Part shown: in pieces, positions 56,995 through 64,000 of the stretch
Numbering within the stretch: the first letter of the stretch is position 1
How the letters are laid out: each line of letters starts with the position of its first letter
Assembly (NCBI GenBank): GCA_964391315.1
Contig: CAYMJR010000005.1
Location: 1,890 to 65,889, forward strand
Direction of reading: 5' to 3'
DNA length: 64,000 bases
Source: an uncultured Gammaproteobacteria bacterium
Lineage (GTDB): Bacteria > Patescibacteriota > Microgenomatia > Levybacterales > UBA12049
Notes under the pieces: model-generated
Told to the model about the DNA's origin: nothing
The model's input: only the letters and a program-made list of their open reading frames with translations
The model's database searches: none
Position numbers and translations under genes: made by a program

Positions 56995-58650
56995 TTATAG
57001 TATAACTTGTTTTAGTTTGATAAGCATACCGTCTATTGTGTGTCTTTCCGCAGTATAGATAAGTTGAAAACCATGTTGTTTTGCTGCTTTTGTGGTCACA
57101 GGACCTATTGAAACAACAGGAATCGAAAAAATTTCTTTGTTCTCATTTATATGTTTAATACTTTTAACGAAGCCTGTAACAGTTGATGGACTGGTAAAAG
57201 TAATACAGCTAATTTGACCATTTTTGATAAGTTCTGTGAGTTTTTCAACATCGGGAGTAAATGATTCTGTTTTATATATTGGAAGATTGACAACTGATGC
57301 TCCTCTTTTCTGAAGGATTTTTTCAAGTTGCACATTGGCATTTGCGGATCTCGCTAGTAGTAATTTTTTGCCTTTTATATTTGTTATTTCTTTTCCTAAA
57401 TTATTAGTTGTAAATGTTGAAGGAATGAAATGAACAGGTAATTTTTGTTTTTTTATTTCTTCTGCTGTTGTAGTTCCGACAGCGGCAATCTGTTTTGTTG
57501 TTAATTCCATTCGATCAATTTTTAATATTTTTAAAATATTCATAAAATGTCTGACGCCATTTTTACTGGTAAAAATAACCCAATCAATAGATGAGAAACT
57601 ATCAAAATATGGCTTAACTATTTTTGCAGAAAGATTTTTAGTAATAGTTATTGTCGGATATGAAAAAGTATCAATGCCAATTTTTTCAAGTTGTTTTGCA
57701 AACTGTTCATTTTCTTCAGCGGGTCTTGTCACAACAACAAACCGTTTGGTAGTATACCATCGTGCTTTTTGTAATAATTGATTTGCCAGTTTCTTTCCAA
57801 GTGATTGAGGATTTGTTATTCCACCAACAAGTGTTGCCTTTTTGATATGTTTTCCATCAAGAGAACCTACCATCCCGTAAAGTTTCATTGTTTTGTTAGA
57901 AGAAATTGCATATGCACCAACTGGCATTTTGCATCCACCACCAAAAGTTTGAGAAAAAGCTCGTTCTGCCGTCACCTCTTTGATTGTTGATTGATGATTT
58001 ATTTTTTTCAAGAACTTATTAAGTGTCGTGTCAGATTTTCTGGTTACAACAGCAAGAGCTCCCTGTCCTGGAGAAGGAATCATATCAGCAATTGAAAAAT
58101 ATTCAGTGATGCGTTTGGTTAACTCAAGACGTTTGAGACCTGCAACTGCAAGAACTAATGCATCATATTGTCCCTTATCTAATTTTTCTATTCGTCGGTC
58201 GATATTTCCCCGAATACTTTGTATAACCAGATCTTTTCTTTTGTGAAGGACTTGCGTTTTTCGTCTAGTACTATCCGTTCCAATGATTGCTCCTTTTGGT
58301 AAATCAGCTAGTTTCAGACCATTTTTTGTTACCAGTGCTTCACGTGCGTCTTCTCGTTCAGGAATAGCAGCGATACATAGTTCATCGGGTAGCATTTCAG
58401 GAAGATCTTTTAAGCTATGCACAGCGACATCAATTGTTTTTTTGAGTAATGCATTATCGAGTTCTTTGGTGAACCATCCTTTGCCAACAGTATCGAGTGG
58501 AATAGGACTCATATTGGTATCTCCAGTTGTTTTAATAATTTTTATTTCTACCTGCAGTTTGGGATTGTGTACGAGGAGTAACTCTTTAATGATTTTTGTT
58601 TGGATCAGTGATAAATTACTTCCGCGTGCGCCAATAATAATTTTTTTCAT
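56995..58650 (-). CDS. hemC: Fusion: hydroxymethylbilane synthase (HemC) + uroporphyrinogen-III synthase (HemD)
   Basis: The ATG at 58650 (MKKIIIGARGSNLSLIQT) is preferred over the track start at 58689. The HemC part has a cofactor Cys in GGGCKMPVGAY. The C-terminal ~240 aa (FVVVTRPAEENEQFAKQLEKIGIDTFSYPTITI..WVIFTSKNGVRHF) is HEM4-like. Confidence 0.85.
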   Translation of the reverse strand: MKKIIIGARGSNLSLIQTKIIKELLLVHNPKLQVEIKIIKTTGDTNMSPIPLDTVGKGWFTKELDNALLKKTIDVAVHSLKDLPEMLPDELCIAAIPEREDAREALVTKNGLKLADLPKGAIIGTDSTRRKTQVLHKRKDLVIQSIRGNIDRRIEKLDKGQYDALVLAVAGLKRLELTKRITEYFSIADMIPSPGQGALAVVTRKSDTTLNKFLKKINHQSTIKEVTAERAFSQTFGGGCKMPVGAYAISSNKTMKLYGMVGSLDGKHIKKATLVGGITNPQSLGKKLANQLLQKARWYTTKRFVVVTRPAEENEQFAKQLEKIGIDTFSYPTITITKNLSAKIVKPYFDSFSSIDWVIFTSKNGVRHFMNILKILKIDRMELTTKQIAAVGTTTAEEIKKQKLPVHFIPSTFTTNNLGKEITNIKGKKLLLARSANANVQLEKILQKRGASVVNLPIYKTESFTPDVEKLTELIKNGQISCITFTSPSTVTGFVKSIKHINENKEIFSIPVVSIGPVTTKAAKQHGFQLIYTAERHTIDGMLIKLKQVIL

Positions 58651-58688
58651 GAGAATGATTGGCTTATCATAGAGTATAGAACTCTCCA

Positions 58689-58717
58689 TTGCAAGGAAAG
58701 CTCTTCCGCGATAAAAT
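58689..58717 (+). promoter_or_regulatory. Candidate sigma-70 promoter (TTGCAA-N17-TAAAAT) for hemB-hemH
   Basis: ttgcaa at 58689-58694, 17-nt spacer, taaaat at 58712-58717. Implies a very short leader before the ATG at 58731. Confidence 0.35.
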
Positions 58718-58730
58718 GGGGATATTATTT

Positions 58731-59717
58731 ATGTCAGGATTTCCACGACAAAGACTGCGAAGATTGAGAAAAACACAAGTTGTTCGTGATCTGGTCGCCG
58801 AGACAACATTATCAATTAAAAAGTTTATCTACCCCTTATTTATTTCCGAAGAAGTGTCTTCTCCAAAAGAAATTGCAGCTATGCCGGGTATTTATCAATT
58901 ACCTCTTAGCGTTGTTGCAAAAGAAGCAAAAAAAATATACCAGCTTGGAATACCTGCAGTCCTCCTCTTTGGCATCCCTGACAAGAAAGATGCAGTCGGC
59001 AGTCAGGCGTATGCACCAACTGGCATTATTCAAAAAGCAATTAAGAAAATAAAAAAGGAGGTGCCAGAACTCTTGGTTATTACTGACGTCTGTCTTTGTG
59101 AGTACACTGATCATGGTCATTGCGGTGTTTTGGATAAGAGCGGTTATGTCAAAAATGATGAATCTTTGGTACTCCTAGCAAAAATGGCACTCTCTCATGT
59201 AAAAGCTGGGGCAGATATTGTTGCTCCTTCAGATATGATGGATGGACGGGTCCATGCCATACGAACGATTTTGGACAAAAATAAGTATGAAAACACACCT
59301 ATCATGGCTTATTCTGCAAAATATGCATCAGGATTTTATGGTCCTTTCCGGGAAGCGGCGCAGTCTGCTCCGAAGTTTGGAGATAGAAAATCATATCAAA
59401 TGGATCCACGAAATATACAAGAAGCGCTTCGTGAAGTAGCAGCAGATATCGAAGAGGGCGCGGATATGATCATGGTAAAACCGGCACTTTCGTATTTGGA
59501 TGTCATTACGCAAGTGAAGCAACATTTTAACCTCCCACTAGTTGCCTATAATGTCAGTGGAGAATATTCGATGATAAAAGCAGCAGCACAAAAAGGTTGG
59601 ATTGATGAAGAGCGAATTGTGATAGAAGTGCTGACTTCCATTCAAAGAGCAGGTGCAGATATAATTATCAGTTATTTTGCACCGCAACTAGCATTATGGC
59701 TACAAAACAAAAAGTAA
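58731..59717 (+). CDS. hemB: Porphobilinogen synthase (delta-aminolevulinate dehydratase), Zn-type
   Basis: MSGFPRQRLRRLRK is a typical HemB N-terminus. The track start (TTG at 58689) and an ATG at 58716 are alternative starts. Cys-rich Zn site DVCLCEYTDHGHCG and Schiff-base Lys context IMVKPA. Confidence 0.9.
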   Translation: MSGFPRQRLRRLRKTQVVRDLVAETTLSIKKFIYPLFISEEVSSPKEIAAMPGIYQLPLSVVAKEAKKIYQLGIPAVLLFGIPDKKDAVGSQAYAPTGIIQKAIKKIKKEVPELLVITDVCLCEYTDHGHCGVLDKSGYVKNDESLVLLAKMALSHVKAGADIVAPSDMMDGRVHAIRTILDKNKYENTPIMAYSAKYASGFYGPFREAAQSAPKFGDRKSYQMDPRNIQEALREVAADIEEGADMIMVKPALSYLDVITQVKQHFNLPLVAYNVSGEYSMIKAAAQKGWIDEERIVIEVLTSIQRAGADIIISYFAPQLALWLQNKK

Positions 59718-60643
59718 TAAAAAAAATTGGCGTTATCTTGATGACGTATGGATCTCCAACTACATTGGATGAAGTTCCGGCATATCTAAAAAATGTCTAT
59801 GGTGGAAAAGATGCAAGTCAGGAAGTTATTACAGAATTCAGAAGACGATATCAGCTTATTGGCGGTTCTCCTCTTATCAAAATTACCAAAGAACAAGCAG
59901 CTGCTTTAGAAAATGAATTGAATAAGAAAAAAACAAACATGGTTACTTTCCGTGTTGCTGCAGGCATGCGTTTCTCTGACCCTTTTATTAAAGATGTTGT
60001 TCGGGATCTTGGAAAAGAAGTTGATAAAATTATTGGCATTATTATGTCGCCGCAATACTCACCTATTATTATGAGTGGTTATGAAAAAGAATTAGAACAA
60101 GCTGTCAAAGCAGTAAACCCTGATATTCCGTTTACAACTTCTACAGATTGGCATCTGCAGCCATATTTTATTGAAGCGATGGCTGAGAAAGTACAGCAGA
60201 CACTCGATACATTTTCTCCCAAAGTCAAAAAATCGATTCCTGTACTTTTTTCTGCTCACAGTATGCCCAAACGGGTAATTGAGAAAGAACCTGACTATAT
60301 TAATCATTTGAAAGAGACAGCGGCAGCAATTGCAAATAAAGCTGGTTTATCTAAAAAAAGATGGATGTTTTGTTATCAAAGTGCAGGACATACTCCTGAA
60401 GAATGGCTCAAACCTGATTTTGCTGATATTATGCCGGAACTGCAGAAAAAAGGACAAACACATGTTCTTATCGCGCCTGTACAATTTTTAGCAGATCATC
60501 TTGAGATACTGTATGATGTTGGTATTGGTGCACGAGAACAAGCAGAAGAGCATGGTATCGTCTTTGCACGGACAGAATCACTTAACGCGTCTCCAAAATT
60601 TATTAAAGCATTGGCTGCTGTTGTAAAGGATCTTCTCTATTAG
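59696..60643 (+). CDS. hemH: Ferrochelatase (coproporphyrin ferrochelatase type, soluble, no C-terminal extension)
   Basis: 315 aa. IGVILMTYGSP, LFSAHSMPKRV (catalytic His context) and QFLADHLEILYD. Overlaps the hemB end by 22 nt. Confidence 0.85.
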   Translation: MATKQKVIKKIGVILMTYGSPTTLDEVPAYLKNVYGGKDASQEVITEFRRRYQLIGGSPLIKITKEQAAALENELNKKKTNMVTFRVAAGMRFSDPFIKDVVRDLGKEVDKIIGIIMSPQYSPIIMSGYEKELEQAVKAVNPDIPFTTSTDWHLQPYFIEAMAEKVQQTLDTFSPKVKKSIPVLFSAHSMPKRVIEKEPDYINHLKETAAAIANKAGLSKKRWMFCYQSAGHTPEEWLKPDFADIMPELQKKGQTHVLIAPVQFLADHLEILYDVGIGAREQAEEHGIVFARTESLNASPKFIKALAAVVKDLLY

Positions 60644-61598
60644 TATTGATTAATTCGATAAGTTCGACGACATTTTGAGCACATCCCCATGAGAGAGTAA
60701 AACCTGCTCCTCCATGTCCATAATTATGAATGACAAACTTATCAGAAAATTTTTCTATTTCCAAACGGATTGAATTTCGCATAGGCCGTAGACCTACTTT
60801 TGTTTCAATAATATCGACATGTTTAAATTGTGGTACAAGATTGGCACATTTGCGAAGAATCTCTTGTGTATCATTTTTATCCGGTTCCAAACTCCAATTA
60901 TTGTCCTGAGCTGTTCCGCCGATAACAATATCGTTAAGTCTGGGAATAATATAAGCAAGACTATTCTGTCCTTCCTGCTCAAAAATCGAATATTCAAAGC
61001 CGTTTGGTTTTATTCTAAGTATTTGTCCACGACAAGGATAGATATGATTATCATTAAAGAGTGTTCTTGATCCGAGTCCTGTACAGTTGATTATACAAGA
61101 ATAACGGTCCAGTGCTTCTTGTATATTTGTTATTTCTTTTTTATACATTTTTCCTCCCAATTGAGTAAATGTAGTAACCAGATATTCCATATATGTATCC
61201 GTATCCATGACAAGTCCTTCGATTTCATAACCATCTGTGTAGCCTTCAGGGAGATATTTTTTACTTATTTTTTTATAACTCTCCACACCGTCTTTCCACC
61301 ACGGATGATCTTTTTCGTTATGGAAAAATTCTGTAACGACGGTTTTTTTACATCCTGCAGATGCATCATGAAGAATTTCATTTGTAAAATATTCCAGTGT
61401 GGCTTTACTCCACACAATTGCCTTATCTTTTGGTCCACATTTAAATGGATACCAGACTGCTGCTGCTTTATTGGACGTGGTATATGGTGGAAGATCTTTG
61501 GCCCAGATGATGACGTTGTAGCCTTTGCGCAGAAGAATGATGCCTGTTGAAAGACCGGATACTCCAGCACCAAGAACTAATATTTTTCTCTCACCCAT
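60603..61598 (-). CDS. FAD-dependent oxidoreductase, D-amino-acid oxidase (DAO) family
   Basis: The ATG at 61598 (MGERKILVLGAGVSGLSTG, GxGxxG) is preferred over the track start at 61640. The C-terminal HNYGHGGAGFTLSWG is the DAAO-type signature. The 3' end overlaps the hemH 3' end by 41 nt. Confidence 0.65.
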   Translation of the reverse strand: MGERKILVLGAGVSGLSTGIILLRKGYNVIIWAKDLPPYTTSNKAAAVWYPFKCGPKDKAIVWSKATLEYFTNEILHDASAGCKKTVVTEFFHNEKDHPWWKDGVESYKKISKKYLPEGYTDGYEIEGLVMDTDTYMEYLVTTFTQLGGKMYKKEITNIQEALDRYSCIINCTGLGSRTLFNDNHIYPCRGQILRIKPNGFEYSIFEQEGQNSLAYIIPRLNDIVIGGTAQDNNWSLEPDKNDTQEILRKCANLVPQFKHVDIIETKVGLRPMRNSIRLEIEKFSDKFVIHNYGHGGAGFTLSWGCAQNVVELIELINTNREDPLQQQPML

Positions 61599-61808
61599 CG
61601 ATCTAGAATAATTGTAAAACAAATTAATATATAAATGCAAGAGTTAATATTAAATTTTGTATGAATAACAATAAATATTATTAATTTAATTAATAATTTA
61701 TTTTTTTAGCGGGTTTGATTAAGTAAAAGAGGTTACACCAATAATACCAGAGAAAAATAAGTATTAATTGACAAAATCCTGACTATACCGTTTTCTAGTA
61801 ACTTAGCC

Positions 61809-61837
61809 TTGAATACTCGCCGTATTTTGAGTACAAT
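61809..61837 (+). promoter_or_regulatory. Candidate promoter (TTGAAT-N17-TACAAT) for tRNA-Leu
   Basis: ttgaat at 61809-61814, 17-nt spacer, tacaat at 61832-61837. Sits 17 nt upstream of the tRNA 5' end. Confidence 0.4.
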
Positions 61838-61854
61838 ATAAGTTAGTTTTTTAT

Positions 61855-61937
61855 GCCGCGGTGGTGGAATGGCAGACACAGGGGCCTTAAGAGCCCCCGT
61901 CAGCAATGGCGTGAGAGTTCGACTCTCTCCCGCGGCA
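61855..61937 (+). tRNA. tRNA-Leu (anticodon UAA), class II with long variable arm
   Basis: Hand fold: acceptor GCCGCGG/CCGCGGC, anticodon stem GGGGC/GCCCC with loop CUUAAGA, variable arm cgtcagcaatggcg, T-arm gagag-ttcgact-ctctc, discriminator A. No CCA is encoded. Confidence 0.85.
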
Positions 61938-61961
61938 CCCTACCCAATCATCACACTGAAA

Positions 61962-62444
61962 ATGAGAGCTTATAGCTATCTATTTCTATTGATTCTACTT
62001 TTTTTGGTTGGAGTGTACGTAAATACAGCCTATCGGAAAGTTGCTCATGTAACAACTCCTCCTACACCAACCTCTTCTCCAACTTCAATTACACCTAAAG
62101 TTGTTCCTTCACCATCTTCTATCCCTATCCTTCAACCTACGGGACAACCACCCAGGGCAGCTGGGATAACTTTAGGACCAGAAAATAACGGACAAACGAT
62201 AACAATAAATAAAACCAATGTTATTGATGTTAAATTAGATCCAGGTTGGAGTCGTCCTGTGTCTTCAAATCTTTCTGTACTCGCTCCTTTTGGCGTGGAT
62301 GGTCTATCATCAAGCGAAGCAAGATTTCATGCAGTTACTTCTGGATCGACAACTATCACGAGCTCATCCAAACCAAATTGTAAACCGAATGAGATGTGCG
62401 CTCAGCATGTTGAGGAATACAGCGTTACAGTGATTGTACAGTGA
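61962..62444 (+). CDS. Secreted/anchored hypothetical protein with Pro/Thr/Ser linker and beta-rich C-domain
   Basis: The track ORF starts at 61869, inside the tRNA. The ATG at 61962 gives MRAYSYLFLLILLFLVGVYV (signal anchor), then a TPPTPTSSPTSITPKVVPSPSS linker and a ~90-aa domain. Confidence 0.5.
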   Translation: MRAYSYLFLLILLFLVGVYVNTAYRKVAHVTTPPTPTSSPTSITPKVVPSPSSIPILQPTGQPPRAAGITLGPENNGQTITINKTNVIDVKLDPGWSRPVSSNLSVLAPFGVDGLSSSEARFHAVTSGSTTITSSSKPNCKPNEMCAQHVEEYSVTVIVQ

Positions 62445-62462
62445 TATAGCTTGTGGCACTCT

Positions 62463-63107
62463 TTAGGTTTCTTTTATAAATTTTTCAGTCATTTCTTTTC
62501 CAATAAAATTAGCTACTTCCAAAAGGGCACCTGTCCTTTTAATTTTATCGTTTAGCCTTGCTTTATTAATAAGAAGAGTTTTTCTATTATCAGGATTACT
62601 ATCTCCAACAACAATGCCCAGATCATTTTGGGATGTCGCTGCAACACAAAATGCAAAATAATCCGTAGGTATCAAAAAATGTCCGGGAAATTCTCCAAAC
62701 ATTGCAGTAAATCGATCTATCCTATGCGGATTAATATGATTGTCTCGCAATGTGGAAGGATAATGGGCGCCTCCGATAAGGGTGAGATTTGGTTCGTTGG
62801 CAATCTGTCCATATGCAACGGCAGTTGGTATGCCTCGAAAATTAAAGGTAGTGCCATCAAGAATCATGAAATCCTTTTGAATCAGTCTGGATAATTCATC
62901 TCCTTCTGTTGTAAATGGCACATTAATCGTTGTTGGTTTCCATGCAAGTCTTCTTCGACTACTGTTTGAGAGCGTTTGACGTCCTTGACCAGCTATCACT
63001 CCAAGAAGATCATGAAAGAGTTGTCTTTGTTCTTTATCGATAACCCGTGGTGTTTCTCCGCGTTTGTCGGGTAGATTTCCTGAGTTTCTTGGTGAAAGTT
63101 CTGTCAT
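62463..63107 (-). CDS. Hypothetical protein (no recognisable motif)
   Basis: 214-aa ORF with no TM or signal. Sits between the two tRNA genes on the opposite strand. Confidence 0.4.
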   Translation of the reverse strand: MTELSPRNSGNLPDKRGETPRVIDKEQRQLFHDLLGVIAGQGRQTLSNSSRRRLAWKPTTINVPFTTEGDELSRLIQKDFMILDGTTFNFRGIPTAVAYGQIANEPNLTLIGGAHYPSTLRDNHINPHRIDRFTAMFGEFPGHFLIPTDYFAFCVAATSQNDLGIVVGDSNPDNRKTLLINKARLNDKIKRTGALLEVANFIGKEMTEKFIKET

Positions 63108-63167
63108 AGGAGCTATTAAGTTATCAATATAGTACCAGCTACAAATTTATGTTACAATAGAGCCTAC

Positions 63168-63241
63168 CGGGGAGTAGCTCAGTTGGCTAGAGCGCGCGGT
63201 TTGGGACCGTGAGGTCGGAGGTTCAAGTCCTCTCTCCCCGA
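63168..63241 (+). tRNA. tRNA-Pro (anticodon UGG)
   Basis: Hand fold, 74 nt: acceptor CGGGGAG/CTCCCCG, D-arm gctc-agttggcta-gagc, anticodon stem CGCGG/CCGTG with loop UUUGGGA, T-arm ggagg-ttcaagt-cctct, discriminator A. Confidence 0.85.
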
Positions 63242-63319
63242 CACAGCTTCAGGGCAGGCAATGGTTTCAGTTATCGAAGCTAAAAAATACTGAATGCCCA
63301 ACCATGTATATACTATAGG

Positions 63320-63348
63320 TTGATTTATCTTCGCATTTTTGCTATTCT
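63320..63348 (+). promoter_or_regulatory. Candidate promoter (TTGATT-N17-TATTCT), would give a leaderless or near-leaderless mRNA
   Basis: ttgatt at 63320-63325, 17-nt spacer, tattct at 63343-63348. The ATG at 63357 lies only 8 nt after the -10 box. Confidence 0.35.
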
Positions 63349-63356
63349 ACTCCTCT

Positions 63357-64000
63357 ATGTCAAAAATAACTGCTGAAACAGTTGTAGGGCTTACACAGAG
63401 TTTTGTGAGAGAGCATACTACTCCGTTAATTCCTGGACAACCCTATCAGACAGAAACATTACTTGCATATGATCGGCTTTATGGAAAAATAGTCAGGAGT
63501 GCTGAATTGTTGGGTGGAAGGAATATGTTCCATAGAATATGGGATATTGATGGGAGACCCGTACTTGCTGCTTCTAATAATCCTGTTCCTGAAAATCCAA
63601 ACAATCTTCATGAGTGGAAGGTTGATGTTGCAAGTATTGTTCATGGCGATAAAATATCTAACTCCACGGCAGACTCTGAAAATACGTTTGTAGAGAATGG
63701 GTTTATTCATGGTTCAGGAGCAGCTGATTTAGCATGGGGAAGTATTCCAGCAATTGCGGGGATCACAAATGCTCCAGATAGTGTGAATGTTGTCGCCCTT
63801 GTATATCCAACAGAAGAATGGGGAAATGGTGAAGATATTCGACAACTTGTAGAAAACGGTTTTAGTCCGACAATTACTTTATGTGTCGATGGAGAGCCAC
63901 TTTCTGAGGGGTCAGGATTGATTAGTATTGTTGATAAAGCAAAAGGGGCAATACGAGCGCATCTCACTATTTCTGATAGAGAAGCAACACACTCTGCAAG
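63357..64000 (+). CDS. M20-family metallopeptidase/deacylase-like protein, N-terminal part (runs off window end)
   Basis: Open-ended, so absent from the ORF track. Hand translation: MSKITAETVVGLTQSFVREHTTPLIPGQPYQTE...VASIVHGDKIS (HxD)...FIHGSGAADLAWG (GxGxxD)...VALVYPTEEWGNGEDI (EE metal/base motif). There are no stops through 64000, and it displaces three shorter track ORFs in other frames. Confidence 0.5.
   Translation, partial: MSKITAETVVGLTQSFVREHTTPLIPGQPYQTETLLAYDRLYGKIVRSAELLGGRNMFHRIWDIDGRPVLAASNNPVPENPNNLHEWKVDVASIVHGDKISNSTADSENTFVENGFIHGSGAADLAWGSIPAIAGITNAPDSVNVVALVYPTEEWGNGEDIRQLVENGFSPTITLCVDGEPLSEGSGLISIVDKAKGAIRAHLTISDREATHSA

Noticed and set aside
61869-61961. N-terminal 31 codons of the track ORF 61869-62444
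   Set aside because: This stretch overlaps the tRNA-Leu gene (61855-61937) and translates its sequence. The internal ATG at 61962 gives a proper signal anchor.
61855-63241. Integrative mobile element at the tRNA genes
   Set aside because: By eye there is no integrase, recombinase or transposase ORF, and no direct repeat of a tRNA 3' end. The observation is kept only as a low-interest flag.
63245-63290. Possible terminator hairpin after tRNA-Pro (agcttc ... gaagct followed by aaaaaa)
   Set aside because: The stem is only 6 bp with a ~27-nt loop. It is followed by an A tract, not a U tract, on the transcribed strand.
63459-63967. Track ORFs 63459-63710 (-), 63499-63693 (+) and 63707-63967 (-)
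   Set aside because: A longer open-ended plus-strand frame (63357-64000) with M20-type metal-binding motifs covers the region. The track omits it only because it has no stop inside the window.
1-64000. Alternative genetic code (UGA recoding, as in some CPR lineages)
   Set aside because: Long uninterrupted ORFs with conserved motifs are obtained under the standard bacterial code. No gene appears to need read-through of TGA.

Overview
AT-rich (about one-third G+C by eye), very gene-dense bacterial window that reads cleanly under the standard code. The content is monoderm-type: two sortase loci, a DsbA/BdbC pair and coproporphyrin-type heme genes. The source is probably an uncultivated low-GC lineage (CPR/Patescibacteria-like or Firmicutes-like), but the sequence alone cannot settle this. 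Roughly two thirds of the window encodes cell-envelope glycan machinery.

Left to right:
- DsbB-DsbA pair.
- Serine pathway: serC plus a fused serB-serA.
- Two adjacent secreted proteins built from one Asn/Ser/Gly/Thr-rich SGNGA repeat family.
- A five-gene minus-strand operon: polytopic membrane protein, processive GT2 glucan-synthase-like enzyme, HlyD-like adaptor, GH81 beta-1,3-glucanase-like enzyme and a polyprenyl-P-sugar synthase-like GT2.
- A sortase with two substrates carrying non-LPXTG signals.
- A Wzx-type glycan cluster: 2+1 GT2, 3 GT4, flippase, GH5-like enzyme, 779-aa polytopic protein and an HTH gene.
- The most unusual feature: two diverged tandem copies (29.9-40.5 kb and 44.6-54.2 kb) of a cassette. 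Each copy encodes a GT2-polytopic-GT4 fusion, two GT-C-like membrane proteins, a GT4, a PIG-L/LmbE deacetylase and a FemAB/CelD-like acyltransferase. The copies are separated by a second sortase locus and two tandem membrane-anchored kynurenine-3-monooxygenase-like flavoenzymes.
- Right end: a DD-carboxypeptidase, an incomplete coproporphyrin-dependent heme cluster (hemE, hemQ/chdC, fused hemC-hemD, hemB, hemH), a D-amino-acid-oxidase-like flavoprotein, tRNA-Leu(UAA), two orphan genes, tRNA-Pro(UGG) and an open-ended M20-like peptidase gene.

No CRISPR array, transposase, integrase or rRNA was seen. All family calls come from motif recognition by eye, and no database search was run.
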